A stretch of DNA of 64,000 nt. It comes from a virus. Within the stretch, counting starts at the first letter, position 1, and every line of letters begins with the position of its first letter. The translations under genes were made by a program, and so were the position numbers. Location of the stretch: IMG/VR virus record IMGVR_UViG_3300016484_000735, positions 14,418 to 78,417 of that record; one strand, written 5' to 3'. Positions 45,625 to 54,698 of the stretch are shown in pieces. The notes under the pieces are model-generated. The model saw only the letters and a list, made by a program, of their open reading frames with translations. It had not been told where the DNA came from and did no database searches.

Positions 45625-47493
45625 ATGGCAACGAATCTGAACGACTGCCCAGACGCAGCTGGCTCGCTGAACAATCCGAACCTCGCGAACGGCGGGATCC
45701 CTGGCGCGCAACCATCGAATCCGTACGTCGCACCAGAGCTCTGCCTAGGCACCTGGTCGCTCACTGACTCATCGAATGCGAACTCGTCAGCTTACCAAGA
45801 GCAGCTCGCAGCCGAGAACTTGAACATCTCTGGCGCAACAGTGAACGTGTTCAAGCTTCTTGGCGTGCACGAGCAAGGGCGGCTCGTTGACCTCACGGGG
45901 CTCGGGAACGCACTCTCATCTTCTGGGAACGGTGCACTCGCGTTCGATGCGCTCGCTGCCCCGTGGGTATCTGGCGAGGCCGGCATCGACGTCGTTCAGA
46001 CACCGTCGTTCATCGGGTACGACTTCGGCATCCGCCGGACATCGTTCAATGACACCGAGACGCTGCCTGAAACGAACAACACGCTGCACGTGACCTCGTT
46101 CCGAATCACTCAACCAGTCGATGGCGCACGTGCGCTGCAAGTCCGTGTTGATCGTTCGAACGGCGGGTACAAGGTGAACCCGTTGAACGTGCACTTCACC
46201 GGCGTCGGCGATGGTGCAGTCGGCGACTTCATCTCAGGCACGACGCCAGTTCCAGGCACGTTCATGCTCGTCGCTGCTTCGGCAACGACGTTCTCAGTGA
46301 TGTTCATCGGGCCGTCCGGCTCGTCATCGATCGGGATCGCCACGGTCGGGAAGCGATTCGCCTGCACGATCGGTTCGTTCTTGATCACAGAAGGCACGAC
46401 ACCGTTCGCTGCCGGTGACATGTTCACGATGCCGATCGAACTCGAATGGCACCGTGTTGACGTAGTGAACCTGCCGAACATCGGCACCCCAGCGATCGTT
46501 CGCATCCGTCAGTCGGCACCGGCACGGTACTGGCGCCTCGTCCCGCTCTCGTACTCTGGTGTTCTCGGCACGCTGCCGTGGTCAGTCGACAAGCTCGAGC
46601 TGTTCGACTATCAGCAGACTCGTCTCGATGACATCCAAGACTCGCTGTACCTCGAGAACCGTGATCGCGATTACGCGAAGATGGCGATCAGCGTGAAGGC
46701 AGCGTACACGCCATTCGATGCGGTCTCAGACCTTTCGAAGTTCGGGTTCTCGATCGCGGATGTGTACACGTTCAACACTTCGTTCGCGATGATGGTGAAG
46801 GCGCTCGGGCGCCCGATCGTGGTCGGCGATGTGCTCGAGCTTCCAGCAGAGATGCAGTACGATCACAACCTGCGTCCGGTCCGGAAGTTCCTCGAGGTCT
46901 CGGATGTGAGCTGGGCCGCTGACGGGTTCACGACCGACTACCGCCCGATCATGTACCGGTTCCAGGCGCAGTCGCTGATCCCGTCAGCCGAGCATCGAGA
47001 CATCCTCGGCACAGTCGATACGCAACACTCGGTCGTCGACGACGGTACGTTCTTCGAAGGCATCGAGCAAATCGAGACCGCAGCGTTGGTCGTTTCGGAG
47101 CGGAACGAACAGGAGGCGATCTCCGCTGTTCCGGAGAAGGGTACGAACATCCGAGAACAAGCTTCTGGGACGAATCGGTTCTCGGAACCAGCTACATATG
47201 AAGGTACGGGCGTGTTCGTGGAAGATGGTCTTCCGCCAGACGGCAAGCCGTACAAAACTGGGTTCGGTAAGCTTCCTGACGTATCAAGTGCAATTGACGG
47301 TGAATTCTACCGTCTCGAATATGACCCGAAGCTCAAGATCCCAGCACGGTTGTACAAGTTCTCTTCAATGAAGAACAAGTGGATCTATGTTGAGACTGAT
47401 CGTCGTACCGAGCGCTCGGCACATCGTCCGTCTCAACTTGAGATCCTCGATAGAACAGAGACAATGTCTCTCACATCAAAGAGGATTGTATGA
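45625..47493 (+). CDS. gp14: Neck/head-closure protein gp14-like with inserted beta-domains
   Basis: Follows gp13; D.LYLENRDRDY, LSKFG..I, LGRPIVVGDVLELP. Confidence 0.65.
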   Translation: MATNLNDCPDAAGSLNNPNLANGGIPGAQPSNPYVAPELCLGTWSLTDSSNANSSAYQEQLAAENLNISGATVNVFKLLGVHEQGRLVDLTGLGNALSSSGNGALAFDALAAPWVSGEAGIDVVQTPSFIGYDFGIRRTSFNDTETLPETNNTLHVTSFRITQPVDGARALQVRVDRSNGGYKVNPLNVHFTGVGDGAVGDFISGTTPVPGTFMLVAASATTFSVMFIGPSGSSSIGIATVGKRFACTIGSFLITEGTTPFAAGDMFTMPIELEWHRVDVVNLPNIGTPAIVRIRQSAPARYWRLVPLSYSGVLGTLPWSVDKLELFDYQQTRLDDIQDSLYLENRDRDYAKMAISVKAAYTPFDAVSDLSKFGFSIADVYTFNTSFAMMVKALGRPIVVGDVLELPAEMQYDHNLRPVRKFLEVSDVSWAADGFTTDYRPIMYRFQAQSLIPSAEHRDILGTVDTQHSVVDDGTFFEGIEQIETAALVVSERNEQEAISAVPEKGTNIREQASGTNRFSEPATYEGTGVFVEDGLPPDGKPYKTGFGKLPDVSSAIDGEFYRLEYDPKLKIPARLYKFSSMKNKWIYVETDRRTERSAHRPSQLEILDRTETMSLTSKRIV

Positions 47494-48095
47494 AGCTTCC
47501 GGTTTCAACATTCATGAAGTTGCTGATCTGGTTCGCGCCGATGGTGATCTCGCTGTCGGCGATGTACTTCGTCGTGAAGGCTGAGTCGCCGCGCCTGCCG
47601 AATCTTGTTCGAGTATCGACCGAGATCGAGGAGAAGGTTGACGCACTGGCAGCGCTACCGAACATCCAAGCAGCGGGCGTCGTGTTCGTTGATACGCAGA
47701 AGAACGAACGCATGATGCTCACGTACCGAGTGAATGACACTGATCTCGCATGGCTTCTGCGGAAGTACATCGTGATGTACGGGTTCAAGGTCCCGCTGTT
47801 CGAATCTGAACACGGGTACGAAGACATGGTGAAGATCGTTGAGGTGTTGAACGGCGGCAGCGTCTGCGTCCCGTCAATGAACCTCGTGATGTTCCGCAAG
47901 ATGCCTGACCTGGCGAAGCATGTCGGATCGGCCTGCTTCTTCGGTATGGCATACATTGATCCTCGGTACCGCCACTACATCCTCGTGTTCACCAAGGAAC
48001 CGATGTCGATCAAGGACTTCGATGAACATGGCTTCCTGATCGACTCAACTCGCCAGAAGCTGTTCCTCTCTTGGATTCAAGACATTCAAGGCTAA
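47490..48095 (+). CDS. Single-TM protein with GAF-like domain (second holin-T-like architecture)
   Basis: N-terminal TM; spacing of VC and SAC similar to 27185-27835. Confidence 0.5.
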   Translation: MKLPVSTFMKLLIWFAPMVISLSAMYFVVKAESPRLPNLVRVSTEIEEKVDALAALPNIQAAGVVFVDTQKNERMMLTYRVNDTDLAWLLRKYIVMYGFKVPLFESEHGYEDMVKIVEVLNGGSVCVPSMNLVMFRKMPDLAKHVGSACFFGMAYIDPRYRHYILVFTKEPMSIKDFDEHGFLIDSTRQKLFLSWIQDIQG

Positions 48096-48098
48096 CCC

Positions 48099-48917
48099 GT
48101 GATCCAGCATTACTTCTTCGACAATCAGATCCGTCAGTACCTTCTGCAGTTCGTCTCGATCTTCTACGGGATGCAAGTACAGACAGGCAAGGGTGAGTGC
48201 GGTGAAGCCGAGATGATCTCGGTGCCGATCATGTTCGGGAACAAGGATCGTGTCGTTGCTGCGATCATGTCTGGGAACACATCGAACCGTTCATTCAGTC
48301 TGCCGGCGCTCGCCGCGCACCTCGTGTCTCTCACCCCGGCGCCAGAGCGTCGGAAGGTTCAAGCGTACGTTGACCAGCGTGTCACGCTGCCGGTCGGTGG
48401 TGTGTTCCCGAACGACCTCACCGTTGTGAAGCGGGCGATGCCGGTTCCGTACAATGCGACGATCGAGCTCTCGATGTACGTGTCGAACATGAATCAGCGT
48501 GATCAGATCCTCGAGCAGATCCTGACGATCTTCAACCCAGACCTCCAGATCCAGAAGTCGGATGGACCGTTCGACTGGACGAAGATCACGAAGGTCGAAC
48601 TCACCGACATCAGCAACGAAGAGAACTACCCGGTGAGCACCGATCGACGGATCATCGTGTGGACCCTCACGTTCGAGGTGCCGATCTTCCTGTCGATCCC
48701 GATGGGTGTGAAGGACGATCTGGTCCGTAAGGTCATCGTTCGGATCTCGAACCTGAACTCGATGGTCGTGAACGAAGTGGATGAAGACGGATTGCCTACA
48801 TATGGAGAGGAGCTCACACGGATGACGTTCGATACGACCGTTGATCCGAGCGACCCGAACTACTACATGCCTCCACCGAAGGGTGAAGACCCGTTCCCAC
48901 CGACCGAGCTGCCATGA
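48099..48917 (+). CDS. gp15: Tail terminator / sheath stabiliser gp15
   Basis: HYFFDNQIRQY..QF..IF, VPIMFG, LP, AMPVPYN..IEL, QILEQILTIFNP, IVWTLTFE. Confidence 0.88.
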   Translation: MIQHYFFDNQIRQYLLQFVSIFYGMQVQTGKGECGEAEMISVPIMFGNKDRVVAAIMSGNTSNRSFSLPALAAHLVSLTPAPERRKVQAYVDQRVTLPVGGVFPNDLTVVKRAMPVPYNATIELSMYVSNMNQRDQILEQILTIFNPDLQIQKSDGPFDWTKITKVELTDISNEENYPVSTDRRIIVWTLTFEVPIFLSIPMGVKDDLVRKVIVRISNLNSMVVNEVDEDGLPTYGEELTRMTFDTTVDPSDPNYYMPPPKGEDPFPPTELP

Positions 48918-50470
48918 TCTCATTCAAGCAATACCTTCAAGAGCGCGCTATGAACCAGCGCGAGTTCGCACGCACACTCTCGAATCATGGTGACACGGCG
49001 AAGGTCGGGTTCGAGTTCGAGATGGCGATCCCGAGTGATTCGGAGCTGTATAGAGGGCTTAACCTCGAGGCTGCGGCCCCAGATGTGTTCATGCTTCGAG
49101 ACCTTGATCACATCGATGAGGTCTCGGAGTACTTCGATGCTAATCGACGGAAGCTTCAAGACATCGATTCGGACTACGGGGAATGGGTGAACGATGCTCG
49201 CGAGAAGTACGTGTATGACAATCGGGATGATGATCACGAAGATCTAGATGCTCATGAAGAAGAGCTTCGTGACGAATGGAACGACCGGTATCGTCACAAG
49301 TACGACTTCAAAGACTGGGTGAGCTCTGAGTTCGCGTCTGTGTACACGTTCTTGCAGGATTACGGCCTCGACCCACGCTTCGGTTGGGACGACGATACAG
49401 GCAATGACTACTCGACAGTGTTCGTCGCAGCTGCTGAAGAGAGCGACGAAGATCATCACGAGGAAGTAGTGTTCAAGAAGATCGCCGCGGAGCTCACTAA
49501 GTTCATGAATGAACCTGTGAAGATCCCGAGGTTCGATTCTGTAGACAAGTCGAAAGAGTGGATGATCGTGCCAGATGGTTCGATCGAGATCTCGGGCGCC
49601 AAGAGTGGTATGACGGCAGAAGTGGTATCGCCGCCGCACGACCTGAAGACAGCTCTCACGAAGCTGAACACGATGTTCAAGTGGATGTCGGCAAACGACT
49701 GCGAGACGAACAGCACGACCGGTCTACACATCAACATCTCTGTGCCGAACATCAAGGACTGCGACCCGGTGAAGCTCGTGTTGTTCATGGGCGATCGGCA
49801 CGTGCTGAAGCAGTTCGAACGTCTTGGGAACACGTACACACGGTCGCAAATCACCGCAATCGAAAAAGAAATTCAAGCCAGCGGCACGCTGAAGCGCACA
49901 GACAAGGCCCAAGACCTTATTGACGCCGCGTACTCTGGTCTGAATCAAGCGAAGTACGCGTCGGTGAACCTGAAGAAGCTTCAAGACGGGTACCTTGAGT
50001 TCCGAGTCGCTGGGAATACCGACTACCACAAGAAGTTCGACCTCGTTCGAGACACTGTCCTGCGATTCGTGACCGCTCTCACAATCGCCTGTGATCGTGA
50101 TGCTGAACGTGACCTGTACGTGAAGAAGCTTGTGCGGCTGTTCGGCGAGAACACCACGAAGATCGTTGATGCTGAAGAACCGTCGCTCTTCGATGTCTTG
50201 GAAAACGGCACCGCGACCTCGATGGCTGAACGCTGGCAGGCGTACAACGAGACCCTGAAGTCTGGTGGAACGCTGGACGACGAAGCGATCGACGACCTTC
50301 GCCGTAAGATCATCCCTCGGATCATGATCGAGCTGAACAACAACGACAAGCGGCCTAGCTCGAAGCTTCGTGCCGAAATGAAACTGTTCATGAAGCGGGC
50401 GAAGAAGAGCATGCAAGATCTGGTAGTTGATGACTGGAAGAACGAATTCCGAGAGTTCTTCCAGATCTAA
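48914..50470 (+). CDS. Putative amidoligase (COOH-NH2 ligase type 2)
   Basis: KVGFEFE, PDGSI, EVVSP, TTGLHINIS, KY.SVN, YLEFRVAG. Confidence 0.78.
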   Translation: MISFKQYLQERAMNQREFARTLSNHGDTAKVGFEFEMAIPSDSELYRGLNLEAAAPDVFMLRDLDHIDEVSEYFDANRRKLQDIDSDYGEWVNDAREKYVYDNRDDDHEDLDAHEEELRDEWNDRYRHKYDFKDWVSSEFASVYTFLQDYGLDPRFGWDDDTGNDYSTVFVAAAEESDEDHHEEVVFKKIAAELTKFMNEPVKIPRFDSVDKSKEWMIVPDGSIEISGAKSGMTAEVVSPPHDLKTALTKLNTMFKWMSANDCETNSTTGLHINISVPNIKDCDPVKLVLFMGDRHVLKQFERLGNTYTRSQITAIEKEIQASGTLKRTDKAQDLIDAAYSGLNQAKYASVNLKKLQDGYLEFRVAGNTDYHKKFDLVRDTVLRFVTALTIACDRDAERDLYVKKLVRLFGENTTKIVDAEEPSLFDVLENGTATSMAERWQAYNETLKSGGTLDDEAIDDLRRKIIPRIMIELNNNDKRPSSKLRAEMKLFMKRAKKSMQDLVVDDWKNEFREFFQI

Positions 50471-50566
50471 AGTGGGGTGAGAACAGAGGTCAAAAACCAG
50501 CACTTCCATAAATACATCCTGAACAACCAGAGCAGCACCGCTGTCACCCCTTAGGAGAAAACTCAA

Positions 50567-52405
50567 ATGGCTACACTCATCTCTCCAGGCGTTAGCGTTA
50601 CCGTCGAAGACCAGAGCTTCTTCTTCCCGGTTTCGGCGACGACTGTCCCACTGTTCTTCGTCGCTACCCGTTCGGGCAAGACACAGACTGATGGCGTTAC
50701 CGCTGCTGCTGGTACGCTCGAGTCTGGTGTCGTCCGTACCGTGACTTCGCAGACTCAGTCCCTGCAGCTGTACGGTGTTCCGTACTTCGTGAACGACGTG
50801 TCTGGCCAAGAGTTCCACGGCGACGCCCGGAACGAATATGGCCTGCTGGCTCTGAACAGCTTCCTCGGCATCGGGAACCGTGCATACGTCGTCCGCGCTG
50901 ACGTGAACCTGAACGACACTCCAGAGACGTTCATCTCCCTCGGCACCCCGACCGCTGGCACCGCCTCGTTCGTTGGTATCGGCAACGGCACGATCTCCGG
51001 CATCAGCGCCGCTTCGTCGCAGGTGAAGCCGCAGACGATCGTTGTGTCGTTCACCTCGAACACGAACTTCAGCGTCACCGGCTCCGTCACCGGCCACATC
51101 GGCTCGGGCGTGGTTGGCACCGCATTCAACTCGACTGTCGTGTCGTTCAACATCGCTGCTGGCTCGGTGAACTTCGTGAACGGTGACAAGTTCACGTTCG
51201 CTCTGTCGTACGCGGCTGTTCCGACCGTCGGCAACACCGGCAACGGTACCGTCGTTGGTCTGAAGCCGGACACCCTCGCTGTTCCAGAAGCGATCACGAT
51301 CACGTTCGTCTCGCCGACGAACTACACCGTGTCGAACCTGTTCGGTCCAGCTGGTTCCGGTGTTGTTGGCTCGCCATTCGATGACAACCGTCTGAACTTC
51401 ACGATCGTTGCTGGCTCGACTCCGTTCGTGGCTGGTGACGAGTTCACCGTGACCGCTGCGACCGTCACGATCTCCTCACCGCTTGGTGCATCGGACGCAC
51501 AGCGTCGCGTCGCGATCGTGACCGCTCTGCAAGCTGCGATCAACAGCAACGTTGATGTTCGTTCGGAACTGTACGAGTACAACCTGATCCTGTGCCCAGG
51601 GTACCACGAAGTCGTTGACGAACTCGTCACGCTGTCGAACGATGTGTACGGCGAAGCATTCGTGATCGCTGACACTCCGTGCAACCTGAACCCAGACCAA
51701 GTCGCTCAGTGGGGCCTGACCTCCGCTCGCCAGTCGAAGTCGGAAGTTGCGTACTACTACCCATGGGCAATGGTTTCGAACCTCGATGGTCGGAACGTTC
51801 TGGCTGCTCCGTCGGGTGTCGCCCTCCGTACGATCGCGTACAGCGACGACCAAGCATACGTGTGGGAAGCACCGGCTGGTGTCTCTCGTGGTCTGACATT
51901 CGGTCCGACGCAAGTCGGTTACGTCACTGGCGATCTGGGTACCGCAACGACATTCGTCGAAGCGAACCTGAACGCTGGTCAGCGCGACAACCTGTACGAG
52001 TACTACAAGAACATCAACCCGATCGTGTTCTTCCCGGGTCGTGGCATCCTGATCTGGGGTCAGAAGACTTCGTCTCCGGCGGCTTCGGCAATGGACCGCA
52101 TCAACGTCGTCCGTCTGGTGATGTACCTCCGTCGTACGCTTCGCAAGGGTGCGATGCCGTTCGTGTTCGAACCGAACGACCAGATCACTCGCGACAACCT
52201 GAAGGCTGCCGCTGATGCAGTGATGAACGACATCATGGTGAAGCGTGGTCTGTCCGACTTCGCATCGTACTGCGATGACACGAACAACACTGCGGCTCGC
52301 ATCGATGCGAACGAGCTGTGGCTCGACATCGCGATCAAGCCAACGCGTGCGGCAGAATTCATCTACATCCCGATCCGCGTGGTGGCAACGTCCGCTTCGA
52401 TCTGA
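50567..52405 (+). CDS. gp18: Tail sheath protein gp18
   Basis: LISPGVSVTVED, YYYPW, APAG.SRG, RDNLY...INPI, WGQKT, DRINVVRL, FVFEPND. Confidence 0.97.
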   Translation: MATLISPGVSVTVEDQSFFFPVSATTVPLFFVATRSGKTQTDGVTAAAGTLESGVVRTVTSQTQSLQLYGVPYFVNDVSGQEFHGDARNEYGLLALNSFLGIGNRAYVVRADVNLNDTPETFISLGTPTAGTASFVGIGNGTISGISAASSQVKPQTIVVSFTSNTNFSVTGSVTGHIGSGVVGTAFNSTVVSFNIAAGSVNFVNGDKFTFALSYAAVPTVGNTGNGTVVGLKPDTLAVPEAITITFVSPTNYTVSNLFGPAGSGVVGSPFDDNRLNFTIVAGSTPFVAGDEFTVTAATVTISSPLGASDAQRRVAIVTALQAAINSNVDVRSELYEYNLILCPGYHEVVDELVTLSNDVYGEAFVIADTPCNLNPDQVAQWGLTSARQSKSEVAYYYPWAMVSNLDGRNVLAAPSGVALRTIAYSDDQAYVWEAPAGVSRGLTFGPTQVGYVTGDLGTATTFVEANLNAGQRDNLYEYYKNINPIVFFPGRGILIWGQKTSSPAASAMDRINVVRLVMYLRRTLRKGAMPFVFEPNDQITRDNLKAAADAVMNDIMVKRGLSDFASYCDDTNNTAARIDANELWLDIAIKPTRAAEFIYIPIRVVATSASI

Positions 52406-52424
52406 TCTATCAGATGAGCTGAAC

Positions 52425-52448
52425 AAAAGGACCTTCGGGTCCTTTTTT
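52425..52448 (+). terminator. C(UUCG)G terminator
   Basis: aaaaggacc-ttcg-ggtcctttttt. Confidence 0.9.
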
Positions 52449-52483
52449 CGCATAAGTATAGAATGTTCAAGAAGAGCCTATCG

Positions 52484-53053
52484 ATGATCACGTTCAAGCA
52501 GTTCCTCGCAGAGTCCGAGCGTAAGATCTACGCAAAGAAGCTTGGCGATGTTGGCGCATTCACACCGGCGAAGGCTGAGGACAGTTACACGGTCGGTAAT
52601 GTCACGTTCAGTGCGAAGGACGGTCTCGGCTCAGTGCCGCACAATCAAGAGGTGTGGTACATGGGGTTCGTCGCCACGATGAAACCAAGCATGTTCTTGA
52701 AGATCGCGCTCGACGATGAAGGCTCACAAGTACCGACGTCGAAGGAGCTCGCGAAGCTCGTTCAAGACGGGTACGCCGTTGGGATTCCGTTCCTCGAGAT
52801 CGAGTTCGATCCGGATGGGAACGACCTCCCGAAGATCAAGGGTCACGAGGGTCGTGGTCGGATGCGCATGGTGCAGGATCTGAATGGTGATGAACCGATT
52901 CCAGTGCACTTCTTCCTGCGCGGTGGTCTGCGAGCTCGGAACGTCACTCGTGAGATGATCGACGAGGTGAAGCAAGGTGTGTACGCCGAGAAGTCATCTC
53001 GATTGGTGAAGAACCCTGTTGAACGGATCTGGCTCGACTACAGCGAGATGTAA
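52484..53053 (+). CDS. Hypothetical protein with capsid-targeting-like N-terminus; possible ParB/Srx fold
   Basis: MITFKQFLAE; IPFL...IKGHEGRGRM. Confidence 0.65.
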   Translation: MITFKQFLAESERKIYAKKLGDVGAFTPAKAEDSYTVGNVTFSAKDGLGSVPHNQEVWYMGFVATMKPSMFLKIALDDEGSQVPTSKELAKLVQDGYAVGIPFLEIEFDPDGNDLPKIKGHEGRGRMRMVQDLNGDEPIPVHFFLRGGLRARNVTREMIDEVKQGVYAEKSSRLVKNPVERIWLDYSEM

Positions 53054-53108
53054 ACAAAAACGGGAGCCATTGGCTCCCGTGATTTTATCTAGCACCTAAT
53101 GCTGTATT
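53053..53108 (-). terminator. Conserved 3' element copy C plus terminator
   Basis: Reverse complement AATACAGCATTAGGTGCTAGATAAAATC (53108-53081), acgggagcc-aat-ggctcccgt, T tract. Confidence 0.75.
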
Positions 53109-53122
53109 TGCGTTGAGTGGTG

Positions 53123-53665
53123 TTAAGACCTGATGAACTCGCAGCACGTGCGGTACAACACATCACGTGCGGCTGTCGGTTCGAATGGACGATCTTGTTC
53201 GTCACGCGTCATGATCAGGTGGTTCGTGCCGTACTTCTTGTATTCTTCGATACCGGCGTTGAACTGGTCCACCGTGATCTTGATGCGATCGTCTACGAAC
53301 TCAGCACGAATCGGCGGGCGAGTGACGAACACTTCCATCACATTGAACCGGCGCTTGAACTCTGCGTAGTACTGACGCGAGAGCGCGGTGTCTTCGCCAC
53401 GCAGGATCTTGTCGTATACGAGGTTCGAGACGATGAACCTATCGAGCAGGTACGTCTTGCTCTTGTCGAGTAGGTCGAACATCGTGAACAGGATCTCGAA
53501 GTCCTTCTCTGTGTTCATGCGAAGCAGGGCACCCGACGGCATCGTTTTCGGGAACTTCACCTCGACCGCATGCGGCCACATGTCACGGGCAACGTCAGCG
53601 AGCAGTGTGCTCTTGCCGCAGTTGTCCATGCCGTCGAACACGATGAACTTAGTTTGATTTGACAC
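53123..53665 (-). CDS. dNMP kinase (thymidylate kinase-like P-loop)
   Basis: GTG start 53665; FIVFDGMDNCGKSTL, LLDRF..S..VY. Confidence 0.8.
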   Translation of the reverse strand: MSNQTKFIVFDGMDNCGKSTLLADVARDMWPHAVEVKFPKTMPSGALLRMNTEKDFEILFTMFDLLDKSKTYLLDRFIVSNLVYDKILRGEDTALSRQYYAEFKRRFNVMEVFVTRPPIRAEFVDDRIKITVDQFNAGIEEYKKYGTNHLIMTRDEQDRPFEPTAARDVLYRTCCEFIRS

Positions 53666-54698
53666 GGCAGAAAACCTTGTTGTAGAAAGCGTCAGTCTCG
53701 CCTTCCGCGAAACGGAAGCGTCCGATCTCCACTTCATTATAACTCAGCGAGTTCAACCGGGCGCCGATCTCGCTTAGGTGCACGATCGTGTTCGGATTCC
53801 GGATCAGATCAGCATTGTACGTGACCACTGGGCAACCGTAGTGAAAGAACTCGATCGTGCCAGGATGCAGGACCGTGTCGATGTCATCGAGCATCACGAC
53901 CACCGGACGCTTCGCGAGAAGCTCGTAGTACTCAGACTTCGTCGGCTTCATCTTCCCGATGTACGCCCGCTCATGCTTCATCGAATCGTTCGGGTCAGTG
54001 GTCTCGATCGTCCAGCCGCGACCCGACAAGTTCAGCTCGTCGAACACGTCGATGAACTGATCGAACTTGTACGCCTTGTCGCTGATGCGGAACGGCCAGA
54101 AGATCTTCTGACGCTCAGCTTCGGTCTTGTGCGGTGGGTCGATCTTCGGCAGCATCGAGGCATGCACGCACTTCGTGTTCACGAAGACCTTGTCGACCAG
54201 GTCAGGACGAACCTCGAGAATGTACTCGCGCTGACGAGGGTTCAGCACTGTCGTGAACGCGCCGCGTTCGATCGAATTGAGATCGCTCTCAAAGAACCGG
54301 TCGATGTACGGGCGATCGAGCTCGGGAAGCTTCGTGATGTTGAAGTTGTTCGCGAACGGCTTCTCTCCGTTGTACCCAGTGATGTCGGTGATCACGAAGT
54401 CAGACAGACGATCAAGCGCCCAGATCATATCGGCGTTCAGCTCCCAGAAACGCTCTCGCGTCTCCACAGCATTCAGGCCGTACTCGAGGCACACGAACGA
54501 AACTCGTGTATGGTCTTTGAACCGCTCGAGAACTTCGTCGAAGTCGGCGGCACCGACCGGCACAGCCACGACCACCTGATCGAAGTTGGATGCCAATACT
54601 CGCGCCATCGTGAGCTGGAAGTTCCCATCCTTCAGGATCGAGTACTTCCCAGTCTCGTGGCTCCGCATGCTGAAGATGGGAATCCAGAGAACCCTCAC
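53649..54698 (-). CDS. GT-B glycosyltransferase, putative DNA-modifying
   Basis: GTG start overlapping upstream TGA (MRVLWIPIFS); IFWPFRISDKAYKF, EYYELL, PGTIEFFHYGCPVV resemble GT-B C-domain motifs. Confidence 0.65.
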   Translation of the reverse strand: MRVLWIPIFSMRSHETGKYSILKDGNFQLTMARVLASNFDQVVVAVPVGAADFDEVLERFKDHTRVSFVCLEYGLNAVETRERFWELNADMIWALDRLSDFVITDITGYNGEKPFANNFNITKLPELDRPYIDRFFESDLNSIERGAFTTVLNPRQREYILEVRPDLVDKVFVNTKCVHASMLPKIDPPHKTEAERQKIFWPFRISDKAYKFDQFIDVFDELNLSGRGWTIETTDPNDSMKHERAYIGKMKPTKSEYYELLAKRPVVVMLDDIDTVLHPGTIEFFHYGCPVVTYNADLIRNPNTIVHLSEIGARLNSLSYNEVEIGRFRFAEGETDAFYNKVFCRVKSN

